Below are positions 1-54,758 of a stretch of DNA of 64,000 nt, piece after piece (the first letter of the stretch is position 1; each line of letters opens with the position of its first letter). Origin of the DNA: the human T2T-CHM13v2.0 reference genome, Homo sapiens. The stretch lies in the NCBI RefSeq assembly GCF_009914755.1, contig NC_060925.1; one strand, given 5' to 3'. Both the position numbers and the translations under genes were made by a program. Below the pieces are notes generated by a model. That model saw only the letters and a list, made by a program, of their open reading frames with translations. It did not search any database and had not been told where the DNA came from.

Positions 1-289
1 CCCCTGAGGTTGACCCAGGTGCACCTTTGAGCTTTGCCTGCGTGGTTTGGGTTTGTGGGCTCACCTGCATGTGTCCATGCATGCCCCGTCTGCGTGCCCG
101 TGCATGGCTGCATCACCCCATACACACGTGCACTGCCCCTGGGCTTGCCCACATGTGCTGCTCCCCAGGGCGCCAGGCTATCAGCCTACAAGGCATTGTG
201 GGTCTGGGCCCAGCCTGCCACGCCCTACAGAAGCCTGAGCCTGCCTTCCCAGGAGGCCCAGGACTCTCACCCAGGGCCCTTCCCTGCAG

Positions 290-42873
<42,584 letters not shown>

Positions 42874-43400
42874 GCTCCTGCTGGCATCTGGAGAACACCC
42901 CTGTGCCTGGGACAGGGGAGGACCCTTCTTTTGGACAGCCCCCCCCCCCAGAGCCCGGTCCCTTGGGGGCCTCAAGCTGGGGTGGGATGAGGAGGCGCTC
43001 TGCTGGCAGTGCTGAGGACGGGTACTCCAGCTCCAGGCCTGGAGAGGCTTCCCAGCAACACCTGCAGTCCAGCCCCCCTCTTCTAGGATGAGCCACTGTA
43101 GATCATTAAAGTTCCTCCTTGAGAGGCTGAGCCGTAGCCAGGATTGGGGAGAGCCCTTGTCTCTGGTCAGCCCTGGAGCATGGGATCGTGGGAAAGAGGA
43201 GGGGGACCAGGCCCAGGGCAGGGGTCAGAGGCCCAGGCCCTGACTTCGGCTTCCCAGAGATCTCTCCGCCTTAGTTAAGAGCATGTGTCGGGAAATTCCT
43301 CAGAGTGCTCAGAGTCCCTGTATTTTTATACCTTTTTACAATGTTAACTGTTCAGAACTGTTTTTTGTAACAAAACCTTGTTTTTAAAAAAGTTTGTACA
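42874..43400 (+). other. CROCC: CROCC 3' UTR (end approximate)
   Basis: Follows the stop codon. ATTAAA at 43105-43110 and a U-rich/TGTA-rich block at 43319-43400 are candidate 3'-end signals. Confidence 0.6.
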
Positions 43401-44132
43401 GCTGTGTCCCTTTTCTAGACAATTGGAGGAGACGTCGGGGGGAGACAGGTAGGGTCTGGGGCAAGAGGGATGGGGCCCTCTAGGGAGGGGTGCTTGGGGA
43501 GGCGGCAGGGAGAGCAGAGAGGCCGGTATTGGGAAGGGAACTTACCAGCCTCACAGAATGTCAGATGGGGAGGCCTCTGGGGTACTCGGTCACCCGGCCC
43601 ATGGAACAGATGGGGCTGTTGAGGCCTGGGACTGGGCCCAGCCTGTGCACCTCGACTCTTTCCAGCCTATGCTTTCTTGCCCCTTTCTCTGGCCCCTCCT
43701 TAGATCCAAGCCCACCCTCGGGACAGTGACAGGCCTTCCAGGCAGCATGGCAAACAAGTGCAGGTTTGGATGTGAACGTGGGGTCTTGCCCTGGCACCGC
43801 TGAGTGATCCTGAGCAAAGCTGCTTAACCTCTTAGAGCCTCAGTTTGCTCATCTGTAAAATGGGAACCTAACCGCATAGGGTGGCTCTGGGGAAGTTCAC
43901 ATAGGAGGTGCTCAATCAGTGTCCGAAGGAGAAATTAACACTCATCCTCACCTGCTGGAGTCCAGCTGACCGATTCAGCCACAGCACTGCCACTGATAGC
44001 TGTGGACCCGTGGGTGGGACCCTTGGGTGGGTTACTTAACGTCTCTGGGCTCAGTTTTCCTGTCTCTAAGAAGGGGATATGAATTGCATCCACCACATAT
44101 GCCTGTTCGGACGGCTAAACAGGAGTGTGTGA

Positions 44133-44496
<364 letters not shown>

Positions 44497-44945
44497 GCTT
44501 TTTTTGCCCTCTTAATGGCACCCATCTCCCCAACTTCCCAAACAAAGGCCTTGGATGTCAGTCCGCCTGCCTTGACCCTGTGCCCCCCCCACCCCATGGG
44601 CGGCCTCCCATTTTTGCTGTGTTCCTCTGGTGATGGGAACTCAATGTGCTCACCAAGCAGCCCCGGTCATCAGAAAGCTGTGTCCCTGAAGCCTTCCATC
44701 TCCCGTGCAATTCCCACAACACGCATGCGCGCGTACACTGTCATGACGCAGCGTTCTGGGCAGGGCAGAGCTGGAGCCGGCGGGTAAGGCGGTGGGGCTG
44801 GGACTGCGGAAGCACAGGGCACCTGAGCAGATCGTTCACTCCAAGGGGTCAGGAGCCTCTCAGGACAGTCCGCGTTGGGGGCACTTGGCTGGCCCCTCTG
44901 TGCTCTCCACCGAAAAAGTGACTCGATCTTTTGTAAAAACTTGTT

Positions 44946-44951
44946 TTTAAT
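44946..44951 (-). terminator. MFAP2: MFAP2 poly(A) signal ATTAAA
   Basis: tttaat on + strand, ~400 nt past the stop codon, in an AT-rich block. Confidence 0.7.
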
Positions 44952-45346
44952 TTTGTATAAAATAAAGGTGGTCCATGCCCACGGGGGCTGTAGGAAATCC
45001 AAGCAGACCAGCTGGGGTGGGGGGATGTAGCCTACCTCGGGGGACTGTCTGTCCTCAAAACGGGCTGAGAAGGCCCGTCAGGGGCCCAGGTCCCACAGAG
45101 AGGCCTGGGATACTCCCCCAACCCGAGGGGCAGACTGGGCAGTGGGGAGCCCCCATCGTGCCCCAGAGGTGGCCACAGGCTGAAGGAGGGGCCTGAGGCA
45201 CCGCAGCCTGCAACCCCCAGGGCTGCAGTCCACTAACTTTTTACAGAATAAAAGGAACATGGGGATGGGGAAAAAAGCACCAGGTCAGGCAGGGCCCGAG
45301 GGCCCCAGATCCCAGGAGGGCCAGGACTCAGGATGCCAGCACCACC

Positions 45347-45450
45347 CTAGCAGCTCCCACAGCTCCTGGCACAGGAGGCCGCCACGGATTGGCACAGGCC
45401 GCTGCTGGCCATCACGCCACATTTGGAGAACTTGTCCCGACAGAGGTCAG
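45347..45450 (-). CDS. MFAP2: MFAP2 exon 9 coding part (104 nt incl. TAG)
   Basis: caatag|CTGAC...AGCTGCTAG; ADLCRDKFSKCGVMASSGLCQSVAASCARSCGSC*. Confidence 0.95.
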
Positions 45451-48400
45451 CTATTGGGGGCAGGAAGGAGGCAGGGTCAGGGTGGAGCTGGGTGATGGGA
45501 ACCGCTGCCCCTCCCCCAACTCTGGTGATGGGAGTGTTTTGAGGATGAAAAGTAGCAAGGAGGGGAGCTCAGGGTGTCCTGGAAGTGGGCCTGGTGGATA
45601 ATACGTGTTGAATAAACATCAGGTGGGTGGCTAGGTGGCCAGATAATGATGCGGGTGTGGGGACAGGGGAGGTCTTGGGGAGGTGGCCTTCCTACCTCGG
45701 AGGAGCTCCTCGTGGGCACACACTGTACGAACACAGATCTCCTTGTTAATGACGTACACACGGCGGAGGCTGCGGGGACAGGGCACGGGAGGTCTCAGCC
45801 CCACTTCCACCCAATCCCACTGGGATAGCCCAGACAGAACCTGGCACGGGAGCCCGGACAGAACCTGGCACGGGAGCCCGGACAGAACCTGGCACTGGAG
45901 CCCAGGAGTGGAGGAGGTCCCTGGCCCAGGCTCAACCACAGAACTGAGCTCAACTTAAGGACTCACTATCTTTCCTCCAACTCCCACCTTGGCGGGCCAG
46001 AGCTGTCCCCTGTGCCCTCTAGCCCCCCATGCTCCGGAATCCTCCCGACAGCTGCCCATCTGTGCTCACCTGTAGAAGCAGACCTCGTTGAGACACTGTT
46101 TGCAAGGCCTGTGTATGGAGTAGAGGCGGGTGCACGGGTACTGTTCCTCACGGCAGTCTGGTGACAGGTGGGGTCAGACTAGGAGCCCAGAGTGGGGGGC
46201 GGCCCCCAGCCTCACCCACCTGAGGCTGGCTCACAGGGCCTAGTCCCCCCTGTACCTTCAGGCCCCGTGCAGACACCCATACCTACACATGCCCACATAG
46301 ACCCACGCAGCATTGTCAGACTTCCCAGGGCTGTAATATTCACGTATCAATTCACAACCGCACTTACTATAGAAGCCTAAGTTCAAACAGAAATTTGCAC
46401 CCACCCATGCATCGCCACAAAAGCCCATACCAACTCCCGAGCAGACGTGCCCACGCTCACAGAAGCCCACATAGGAGCGCTCACACCAACCCACACGAGA
46501 GTGAGCACACGGATTCTCCTGCACACACACACCTTGTTCTTTCAAGCTCTCAGCTAGGGCAGCCGGAGGGCACCGCTCAGCCAGCCTGCACTCCCTGGCC
46601 CTTCCTCGCCTCCACATGTGCACCACTCAGTCTCTCTGGCTGGCAGGAAGCCCCCAGCACACTCCCTGCCCCTCCCAGTATCTGTGAGGTCAGGGGCCTT
46701 CCTAGGCTGCCAATTTAGCCTCCAGCCAGGCACACTGGGGACAGGTGGGACCTCCTGGAGCTGCCTGGGGGGCCTGGTGATGCCAGCCTACGGCAGTCAT
46801 ACTGCCCACACTGCCAAGAGCCCACATGGGCAAGGGCCAAAGACCTCCAGCCCACCAGCACCACCCCCTACTCCACCCCAACTTCAGGGCGTGCCTCCAT
46901 TTTTCCAGCTGTCAAGAAAGCCCTTACCAAGAGGCCCAGGCTCTGTGGGCTCCAGCTCTGCATTTCCTGGTTCTGGTGTGGAGACAGAGGTAGGCAGACA
47001 TCACTGGGAGGGGTCTCCTCAGGGCAAGGGGAGTCACCTCTCCCAGCCCTGGCAGACCCCCACTCCCAGGGTTGACAGGGTGGGGAGGGGTGAGGCAGGA
47101 GCTGAGACGGGTGGGAGCAGGGTCTGGGGCCTACCTGGGGTTGGGGCTGGGATGACTTCCTGTTGGACTTGCTGCTGGGACTGGAACTGGAACTGTTCCT
47201 CGGAGGGCCGAGGAGTCACCTCTGCAGCCAGGGGAGGATAAGGGGGTCTGCTCCCTCTACCCCTCCCAGGGGGTCTCCCCACCCCAGCTGCCGGCCCGTC
47301 CTATCCTACCCCTAGCCCGTTACCTTGATAATCATAGTAGTCTGGGTTGTCTGCAAACAAAGATGAAAGTGGAATTGGTGGGAGTAAGGCTAATCCCCCA
47401 GCCCCTGGGGCAAACAAGTTCCCTCCTGAGCCAGGGACCAACCCCCAGAGTTCCCATCAGCGTGTCCAGTGCGGTCCCTGGCTGAGCCAGGCACATCTGA
47501 GCAGCCAGGCCTCGGTGACCTGGCAAGGCCCTTACCGATCTGGTCGCTATAGTGGGTGTACTGGACGTGGTCAGGGAACGGCGGCAGCGGGTCCAGGTCA
47601 TACTGGCCCTGAGCCAGCAAGCCTGCTGTGGGGAGGCAAAGCATGTAGGGTACCCCATCGGGAGGGGCAACGGGGGCCCGAGGCGCTTCTGGAGAGTGGA
47701 GGCGGGGGTCACAAGGTCAGGCCTATAAGAGCCTAGGACCCCACAAGCAGATTCCTAGAGGATCCAGACTCTTCTTCGATGGTAAAGACCCTTCCCCACC
47801 CTGGTCATGGGTCACCTCCCTGACCTTACCCTGCCCCTTCCTGTTGCTGGCCTCCTGGCTGCTCCTAGGACTCCACATGCTCCTGCCTCCCTCAGAGCCT
47901 TTGCACCTGACACTCCCTGGGCCTGTGAGGCCTGCTCAGCTCCTTCAGGTCTTCCCTGGAATTTCAGCTGTGCCAAGATGCCGCCCCACCTCCAGCCCAC
48001 CAGCCCTCCTGCTGATTTCTGTCCAGCACTCAGCACATGCTGGAGTTTCTCATGTCTGCTTGTTTCCTATTTGTCTCCCTTCCCTGGACTGGCAGCATGA
48101 TGAGGAGCAACGATGTGTCTGCCTGGTTCATCGCTGAATCCCCAGGGCCTAGCCCAGCACTTGGCACGTGGTAGGGACTCAACACATCGCTGCTGAATGA
48201 ATGAATGTTGGCCCTGCTAGGACTTTTGTGGTCCTCATTGATTCTCTTCATTTGGCCAGTAGGGACCCCCACAAGGTCAGGACTGTATAGAGCAGAAGGG
48301 CCCTGAATGGATCTAGAACTCAAGCATCCGGACTCCCTGCCTTGGGTGCCCCTGCACCTGCACATCGGCTCCCAGAGAGGCCTTGTGCCTTGTGCCCACG

Positions 48401-48700
48401 GAGTCCTTGTGCCTGGGACGTGCCCTCCAGAACCCTGCCTGCCTGCTGCTGTGGAAGGCTGGGGGAAGGGCCAGGAGCTGCCTCCAGATGCTGCCAGGGT
48501 TGGCTGGTCCAGTCTGTGGTCCAAGCAGGCAGAAGGCCCTGGGAGCTGGGGAGCTGAGTTCTGGTCATAAGTCGTGACAAAGGCTCACTATGAATTCCCC
48601 CTACTAACCCTACTCCTCAGCCCCACATAAGAGGAGCTACCCCCTGCCCCAGGAGCCACTTACCAGGCAGGAATAGCAGGAAGAGGTAGGCAGCTCTCAT
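45347..48700 (-). CDS. MFAP2: MFAP2 / microfibril-associated glycoprotein 1 (MAGP-1), 183 aa, 8 coding exons
   Basis: Exons 37+90+27+87+45+88+74+104 = 552 nt. Translation MRAAYLFLLFLPAGLLAQGQYDLDPLPPFPDHVQYTHYSDQIDNPDYYDYQEVTPRPSEEQFQ...CARSCGSC*: signal peptide, Tyr/Gln/Pro-rich N-terminus, Cys-rich matrix-binding domain. Confidence 0.98.
45696..45769 (-). CDS. MFAP2: MFAP2 exon 8 (74 nt)
   Basis: ccgcag|CCTCC...CGAG|gtagga; SLRRVYVINKEICVRTVCAHEELLR. Confidence 0.95.
45827..45907. repeat. 24-bp tandem repeat, ~3.3 copies (AGCCCGGACAGAACCTGGCACGGG) in MFAP2 intron 7
   Basis: Read directly; 1 mismatch per unit at most. Confidence 0.93.
46070..46157 (-). CDS. MFAP2: MFAP2 exon 7 (88 nt)
   Basis: caccag|ACTGC...TACAG|gtgagc; DCREEQYPCTRLYSIHRPCKQCLNEVCFY. 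Confidence 0.95.
46928..46972 (-). CDS. MFAP2: MFAP2 exon 6 (45 nt)
   Basis: caccag|AACCA...CTTG|gtaagg; EPGNAELEPTEPGPL. Confidence 0.95.
47135..47221 (-). CDS. MFAP2: MFAP2 exon 5 (87 nt)
   Basis: ctgcag|AGGTG...CCAG|gtaggc; EVTPRPSEEQFQFQSQQQVQQEVIPAPTP. Confidence 0.95.
47324..47350 (-). CDS. MFAP2: MFAP2 exon 4 (27-nt microexon)
   Basis: ttgcag|ACAACC...CAAG|gtaacg; DNPDYYDYQ. Confidence 0.94.
47536..47625 (-). CDS. MFAP2: MFAP2 exon 3 (90 nt, NAGNAG acceptor)
   Basis: cacag|CAG GC...ATCG|gtaagg; AGLLAQGQYDLDPLPPFPDHVQYTHYSDQI. Confidence 0.95.
47800..48210. mobile_element. L2-like fragment in MFAP2 intron 2
   Basis: ctcctgcctccctcagagcctttgcac...cccagcacttggcacgtggtagggactcaac...tgaatgaatgaatg (L2 3' end signature). 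Confidence 0.65.
48664..48700 (-). CDS. MFAP2: MFAP2 exon 2 coding part (exon spans 48664-48741)
   Basis: gttgccATGAGAGCT...CCTG|gtaagt; acceptor ttccccag| at 48742. Confidence 0.95.
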
Positions 48701-50299
48701 GGCAACAAAGAGGCAGGCCGGGGTGGTGTCAGAGAGGACAGCTGGGGAAAGACCGGTGGGAGAGCTCTACCCAGGGCCACACCCAGGACAGCAGAGCTCA
48801 CCTTTGATCCCCTGATTTCGCCCTGGAGAAGGTGGCACCCAGAATAGAAGCCAGGCATGGGAGGGCTGGAGTGGAGGGACATCCCAGTCCCTGCTGGCCC
48901 ACCCAGGTGTTCAGGTCACAAGGGACAAGGCCTCCAACCCAGCTCCAGGGCTGATCCTGACAAGCAAACCCCGTGTAGTGGGTGTACTTGATGTGGTCAG
49001 GGAAGGGCGGACCCTGCCCTGCTCACTAAGGGGACATTCCTAATGTGCTCCCAGCCCAGGCCATTCTGTCCTCACCCACACCCGTGCTCAGCCCTCTGGC
49101 CCAGTGGCTCCCTGGGTGTCCAAGGCACTGACTGCGTGAATCACTGAACCCAGGCCCATCCTTGGGACCCCAGCCCTGGCCAGCCGGCATCACCGCCTGG
49201 ACTCAGCAGCTTCTGCCAAGCCACCACCTGCTCCCAATTAGCCCCTGGGCCCTAAGCATCCTGCTCAGCAGGAAACCACATACACATGGGCCTGCCCGGC
49301 CCCCAGAGCGGCCAGGCCGGGCAGGGCTCCCAGCTCCCAGAAGACTCCTCTCCTGCCAGGCCTCCAGGCCTCGCAAGACCTGGCTGTGTGCATCACAGGC
49401 TCACGAGACCCGGGCTATTTGCAGCAGCAGGAAGCACGAGAGTGAAGCCTGAGGGGGCTCCTCTGGATCCCAGAAAGGCAGCACTGAAGGGGCCGTGACA
49501 TCACCCAGGCTGGGGGTTCTGCACCCCCTGACACTGTAGGCAAGTGTGTGTGTCATTTGGAGGGAGAGGGCATGGGGTCCGTGGCTTTCATCAGGCTCCT
49601 GACATTCAAGAGCCCAGCCTCCAGTCCTGGCTACACGGTGGGACTTGGGGGAGCCTCCGGTTCCCCACATCCAGCCCCAGCTCAGTGGAGGGCCACCTCA
49701 GGTCCGTCAGCCTTCTGTAGGGAGGGCTGCGAGGGCGGGGTCCATCCAGGACGGCCCCTCCCGGCTGCAACCCAGGAAGTCCTTTCAGAGAGCTAGCTGG
49801 AAACCCCAACTTTGGTCTATTTTCCCCACTGGGAATCCAGGGAGAGGGGAGGGAAAGGGGAGAAAGCAGGAGGTCTTTCCCTCCTTCCTCTCAATCCTGA
49901 GGCCTCCTGACCCCCTGGCTCCTCTCATGCATTAGGCACCTCACTAAGGTGGAGTGGGAGACGGGAGACGAAGCTCAGGACCAAGCTGCCCCAGAGGCGA
50001 GGGATAGCTGGCTCCCCACACCCCATTCTGAAAACCCTTGACCTCCTCATGGGAGGGGGATGAAAAGACCCAGAGAGCCTTCCTTGCCCTTCTCCCCATC
50101 CGTCAGGTCGGTCGGAGCCCCCGCTGCTCAGCAGAAGGCGCTGAATTGGGGCAAGAGGGGTTGCAAGGTGTTGGGGGATGCCTGTCGGTACCCTGCGGGG
50201 AGTCTTCCTCCCCTAGGACTGGCCCCCGAACCCAGGCTTATTGGGGGAAGGAGGCCCACGGGCTAGCGGGGAGGCAGGAAAGAGAGAAGTCAGTGTGGA

Positions 50300-51300
50300 G
50301 TTCATGAACTCCTCCCACGGGACCACATCTCCGAGCTCTTCTAGACGAAGGGGTTTTGGGGCGTGCGGGAGGCCAGGACCTGCCTGGGAGGCTGCCCCAC
50401 CCCCACCTCTGGCCTCTTCCACAGCTGCGGCCTCCCCCACCCCCGACTCCCCTGCGTCCTGGGAGGTGGGGGACAGGGGGCCCCGACGCTCGCTCAGACA
50501 TCAGACGGAGGGAGGGCTCTGCCGGCCTCAGAGCCGGGCTCAGGGGGAGGGGTCCCGGCGGGAGAAACCCAGATGTTGCAGCGCCGCACAGCTGGGAACA
50601 ATCAGCGGCGGAAACTTGCTCCGCGCGCCCTCGCGCTCCCGTCTCTGATCTCTCTTTGTCTCTCTGCGTCTCTGTCTCGGCCATTCCCACCGGACACCCC
50701 CCCCCACCCCACCCGCCACATTCCAACCTCCCCGGGAGAACAAAAGATGTCCCATCCCCCGACGACCTCACCTCTGGCTCCCCCCAAACTCGGGCTCCCC
50801 ACCCTTCCCAATTCGCGTTCTCTCTGCAGAGCAACCCCAAACTTTCCAGGTGCCCCCTTGGCCTCCGCTCTGAAGGCGCGGGGTTCAGGAACCTCCGCGG
50901 CTGCCCCAGGATCGAGGACCCAGAGAGCCTGGCACCCTCGCCCCCGCGCCGGGGGACCCGCCGACGCCCCTGACCGCCCCCCGGGGCCCCCAAGCGCCAG
51001 GCCCGCGCCTACCTGTCCGGGTCACTCCGCCGCCCGCTCCGAGTCCGCCCGCCGGAGCCGCCCCTTGGCCCGCTCCGAGTCCCCCTCCGGGCCCCCGACG
51101 GGGCTGGCGCCCGCCCTCCAGCCCCGGAGCCGCTGGGTCCTAACGCGAGCTGCCCGCATGGGCCGCCACGCCGTGCCCTCGGGGTTCCATCTCCTGGGGG
51201 GGGGGTGTCCCCGGGGTAGAGGCGCCCGGGGCCGTCCTCACGTCTGTGCAAAGCTTCCTCCTCCTCACAGCTGCTCCTCACTCGACGTCGACGGGGTGAG
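50300..51300. promoter_or_regulatory. MFAP2: CpG island / MFAP2 promoter
   Basis: Very high GC and CpG density with GC-box-like ccgccc motifs at the 5' end of MFAP2. Confidence 0.85.
51013..51090 (-). other. MFAP2: MFAP2 non-coding exon 1 (5' end approximate)
   Basis: Donor GGACAG|gtaggc at 51013/51012 inside the CpG island. A second candidate donor CAGAC|gtgagg lies at 51242/51241. Confidence 0.6.
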
Positions 51301-51992
51301 GGGGGTGAGGTGGGCAAGGGTAGGTGTGTTGCCCATTTCACAGAGGAGGAAATCAAGCCTCCCAAAGTGACTCACCCTAGGCCCCTCAGCCAGAAAGTAA
51401 GCCTCGATCTCCCTCTGCCTTCTCCCAGCTTCCAGGACACTCTCCTGCCTTGGTTTTCCTTCTGCCTCTCCAGCCAAGCCTGCTGCCTCTCTCAGGCCCG
51501 CACCCTCCTCTCCTACACTGCTGAGCTCTGGGCCATGGCTGGCTTCCACAACCAGCGGTTCTTTCTTTCCTTTTCTAGAGACAGGGTCTTGCTGTGTTGC
51601 CCAGGCTCGTCTGGAACTTCCGGCCTCGAAATTTTGGCCTCAAGCATTCCTCCTGTCTCATCCTCCTGGGCTGTTGGGATTACAGGCATGAGTCCCTGCC
51701 CCCGGCCATAACCAGCACCTCTTTCAGCCCTGACCCAGCCTATGTGTCCCACAAATGTCCTCAAGATGCATCAGCTTCAACAAGCATCCAAGTCCAAATT
51801 CACGACCTCCTAACTCTCCCCCAGACCTGGCCCTCCAGGATTCCCAGTCCCCCCTTGGCCCCGCAGCCTTCCATTACCCAGGCTTCCTCCCCTGCCCTTA
51901 GCCCTGCATCTAATCCAGCACCCACCCGTGAATGCTACCTGAAAAATTTCTTTTGTGACTCCGTTCACTGCTCCCACCCTGGCCTAAGCCAC

Positions 51993-53442
<1,450 letters not shown>

Positions 53443-54446
53443 CCACCATCATTTGCCTGGGCTCTGCGATAGCCTCCACTCTGGGCTCTCCCACGTGGGT
53501 CCTGCCTCCCTCACCCCCGCAGATCGTGCCCCTTCTACTGATCGCCTTTCACTCAGGTTAGAGGCTCAACTTCCCTGTGGCTTCCAGGGCCCCGGCCCTT
53601 TATGGCAGCCTGGCTCTGCCTCCTCTTCCTCCTCCAGCCACTGGCTTTTGGGGGTTTTCTCCCAAACCCCTCTCCCTCCCACACTGAGGCGTTTCTTCCT
53701 CCCGAGCACTGGCTGAGGTCTCCTCCATGGGGTCACAGATCAAACCCTCCCTTCCTCAGAGGGGCCTTCCCTTTTTCCTTTTTTTGTGCTTTCTAGCTTT
53801 ACTGCTTGCAGTTGTCTTGTTGGCCTATGTCTGTGACCATCTGAGCCCTGTCCCTCTTCCCGATGAGACTGTCATCTTGCCCCGTGAAGGCCAGGACCAA
53901 GGCTGTTTTTGCTCATCTTCAGTTTTGCTCATTAAGTTCAGAGCCCAGCTCAGAGCAGCAGTTCAGCAAACATTGGTGGAATGAATGAGTGAACTGTACA
54001 CTAAACTCTTCCCGGAGAAGCTGGCTGGGGGTGCAGATCCTCTGCGTGAGGGGCAGCCTTCAGCCCTGCCCAGGAGCCTAGGCCTGAGGCGGGAGTGAGA
54101 GTTGTAGGGGCTGCGGGCTGGGAGGAGATGAGGATGGCCCCTGATTTAGACCCTTGCCATCTGATCTCTTCATCGCCAGTCATTCCCCCACCTCCCTTAG
54201 ACTCTGAGTCTTAGGGAGGGAGTAAATATGCCCTGTGCCTCCTTCATTCCCATGCCCCGCCCCCCAGTGTCTATTGCAGGGCAGCAGAGACTTTTGTCAC
54301 CTGGAGAGAGGTGGGCCCTCAGGCCAGGCCAGCCCAGCCCTCTCTGCCTGCCCTTAGACCCCACTGCTGCCAGGAGCAATCCCACTGGCAAAAGAGAGGA
54401 ACTCACCCAGCAGAAATGCTGTCCCCTACCCTTGAAAAAAGGAGGG

Positions 54447-54758
54447 AGGTTGGGTGCAGTGGCTCACACCTGTAATCTCAGCAGTTTAGGAGACCAAGGC
54501 GGGTGGACCGCTTGAGCCCAGGGGTTTGAGACCAGCCTGGACAGCATGGCAAAACCCCATCTCTACAAAAAATACAAAAATTAGCTGGGTGTGGTGGTGC
54601 TGGCCTATAGTCCCAGCTACTCAGGAGGTTGAGGTAGGAGGATCACCTGAGCCTGGGGAGGTAGAGGCTGCAGTGAGCCACGATTGCACCACTGCACTCC
54701 AGCCTGGGCAACAGAGCAAGACCCTGTCTAAAAAAAAAAAAAGAAAAGAAAAGAAAAA
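54447..54758 (+). mobile_element. AluJ-like
   Basis: Diverged Alu dimer with A tail. Confidence 0.85.

Noticed and set aside
45827-45907. 24-bp repeats as a CRISPR-like array
   Set aside because: Head-to-tail with no spacers, in human intron; simple VNTR
50238-51370. Long ORFs (335 aa +, 251 aa -, 205 aa +) in the MFAP2 5' region
   Set aside because: GC-rich CpG island depleted of stop codons; low-complexity Pro/Arg/Gly translations with no recognisable domain
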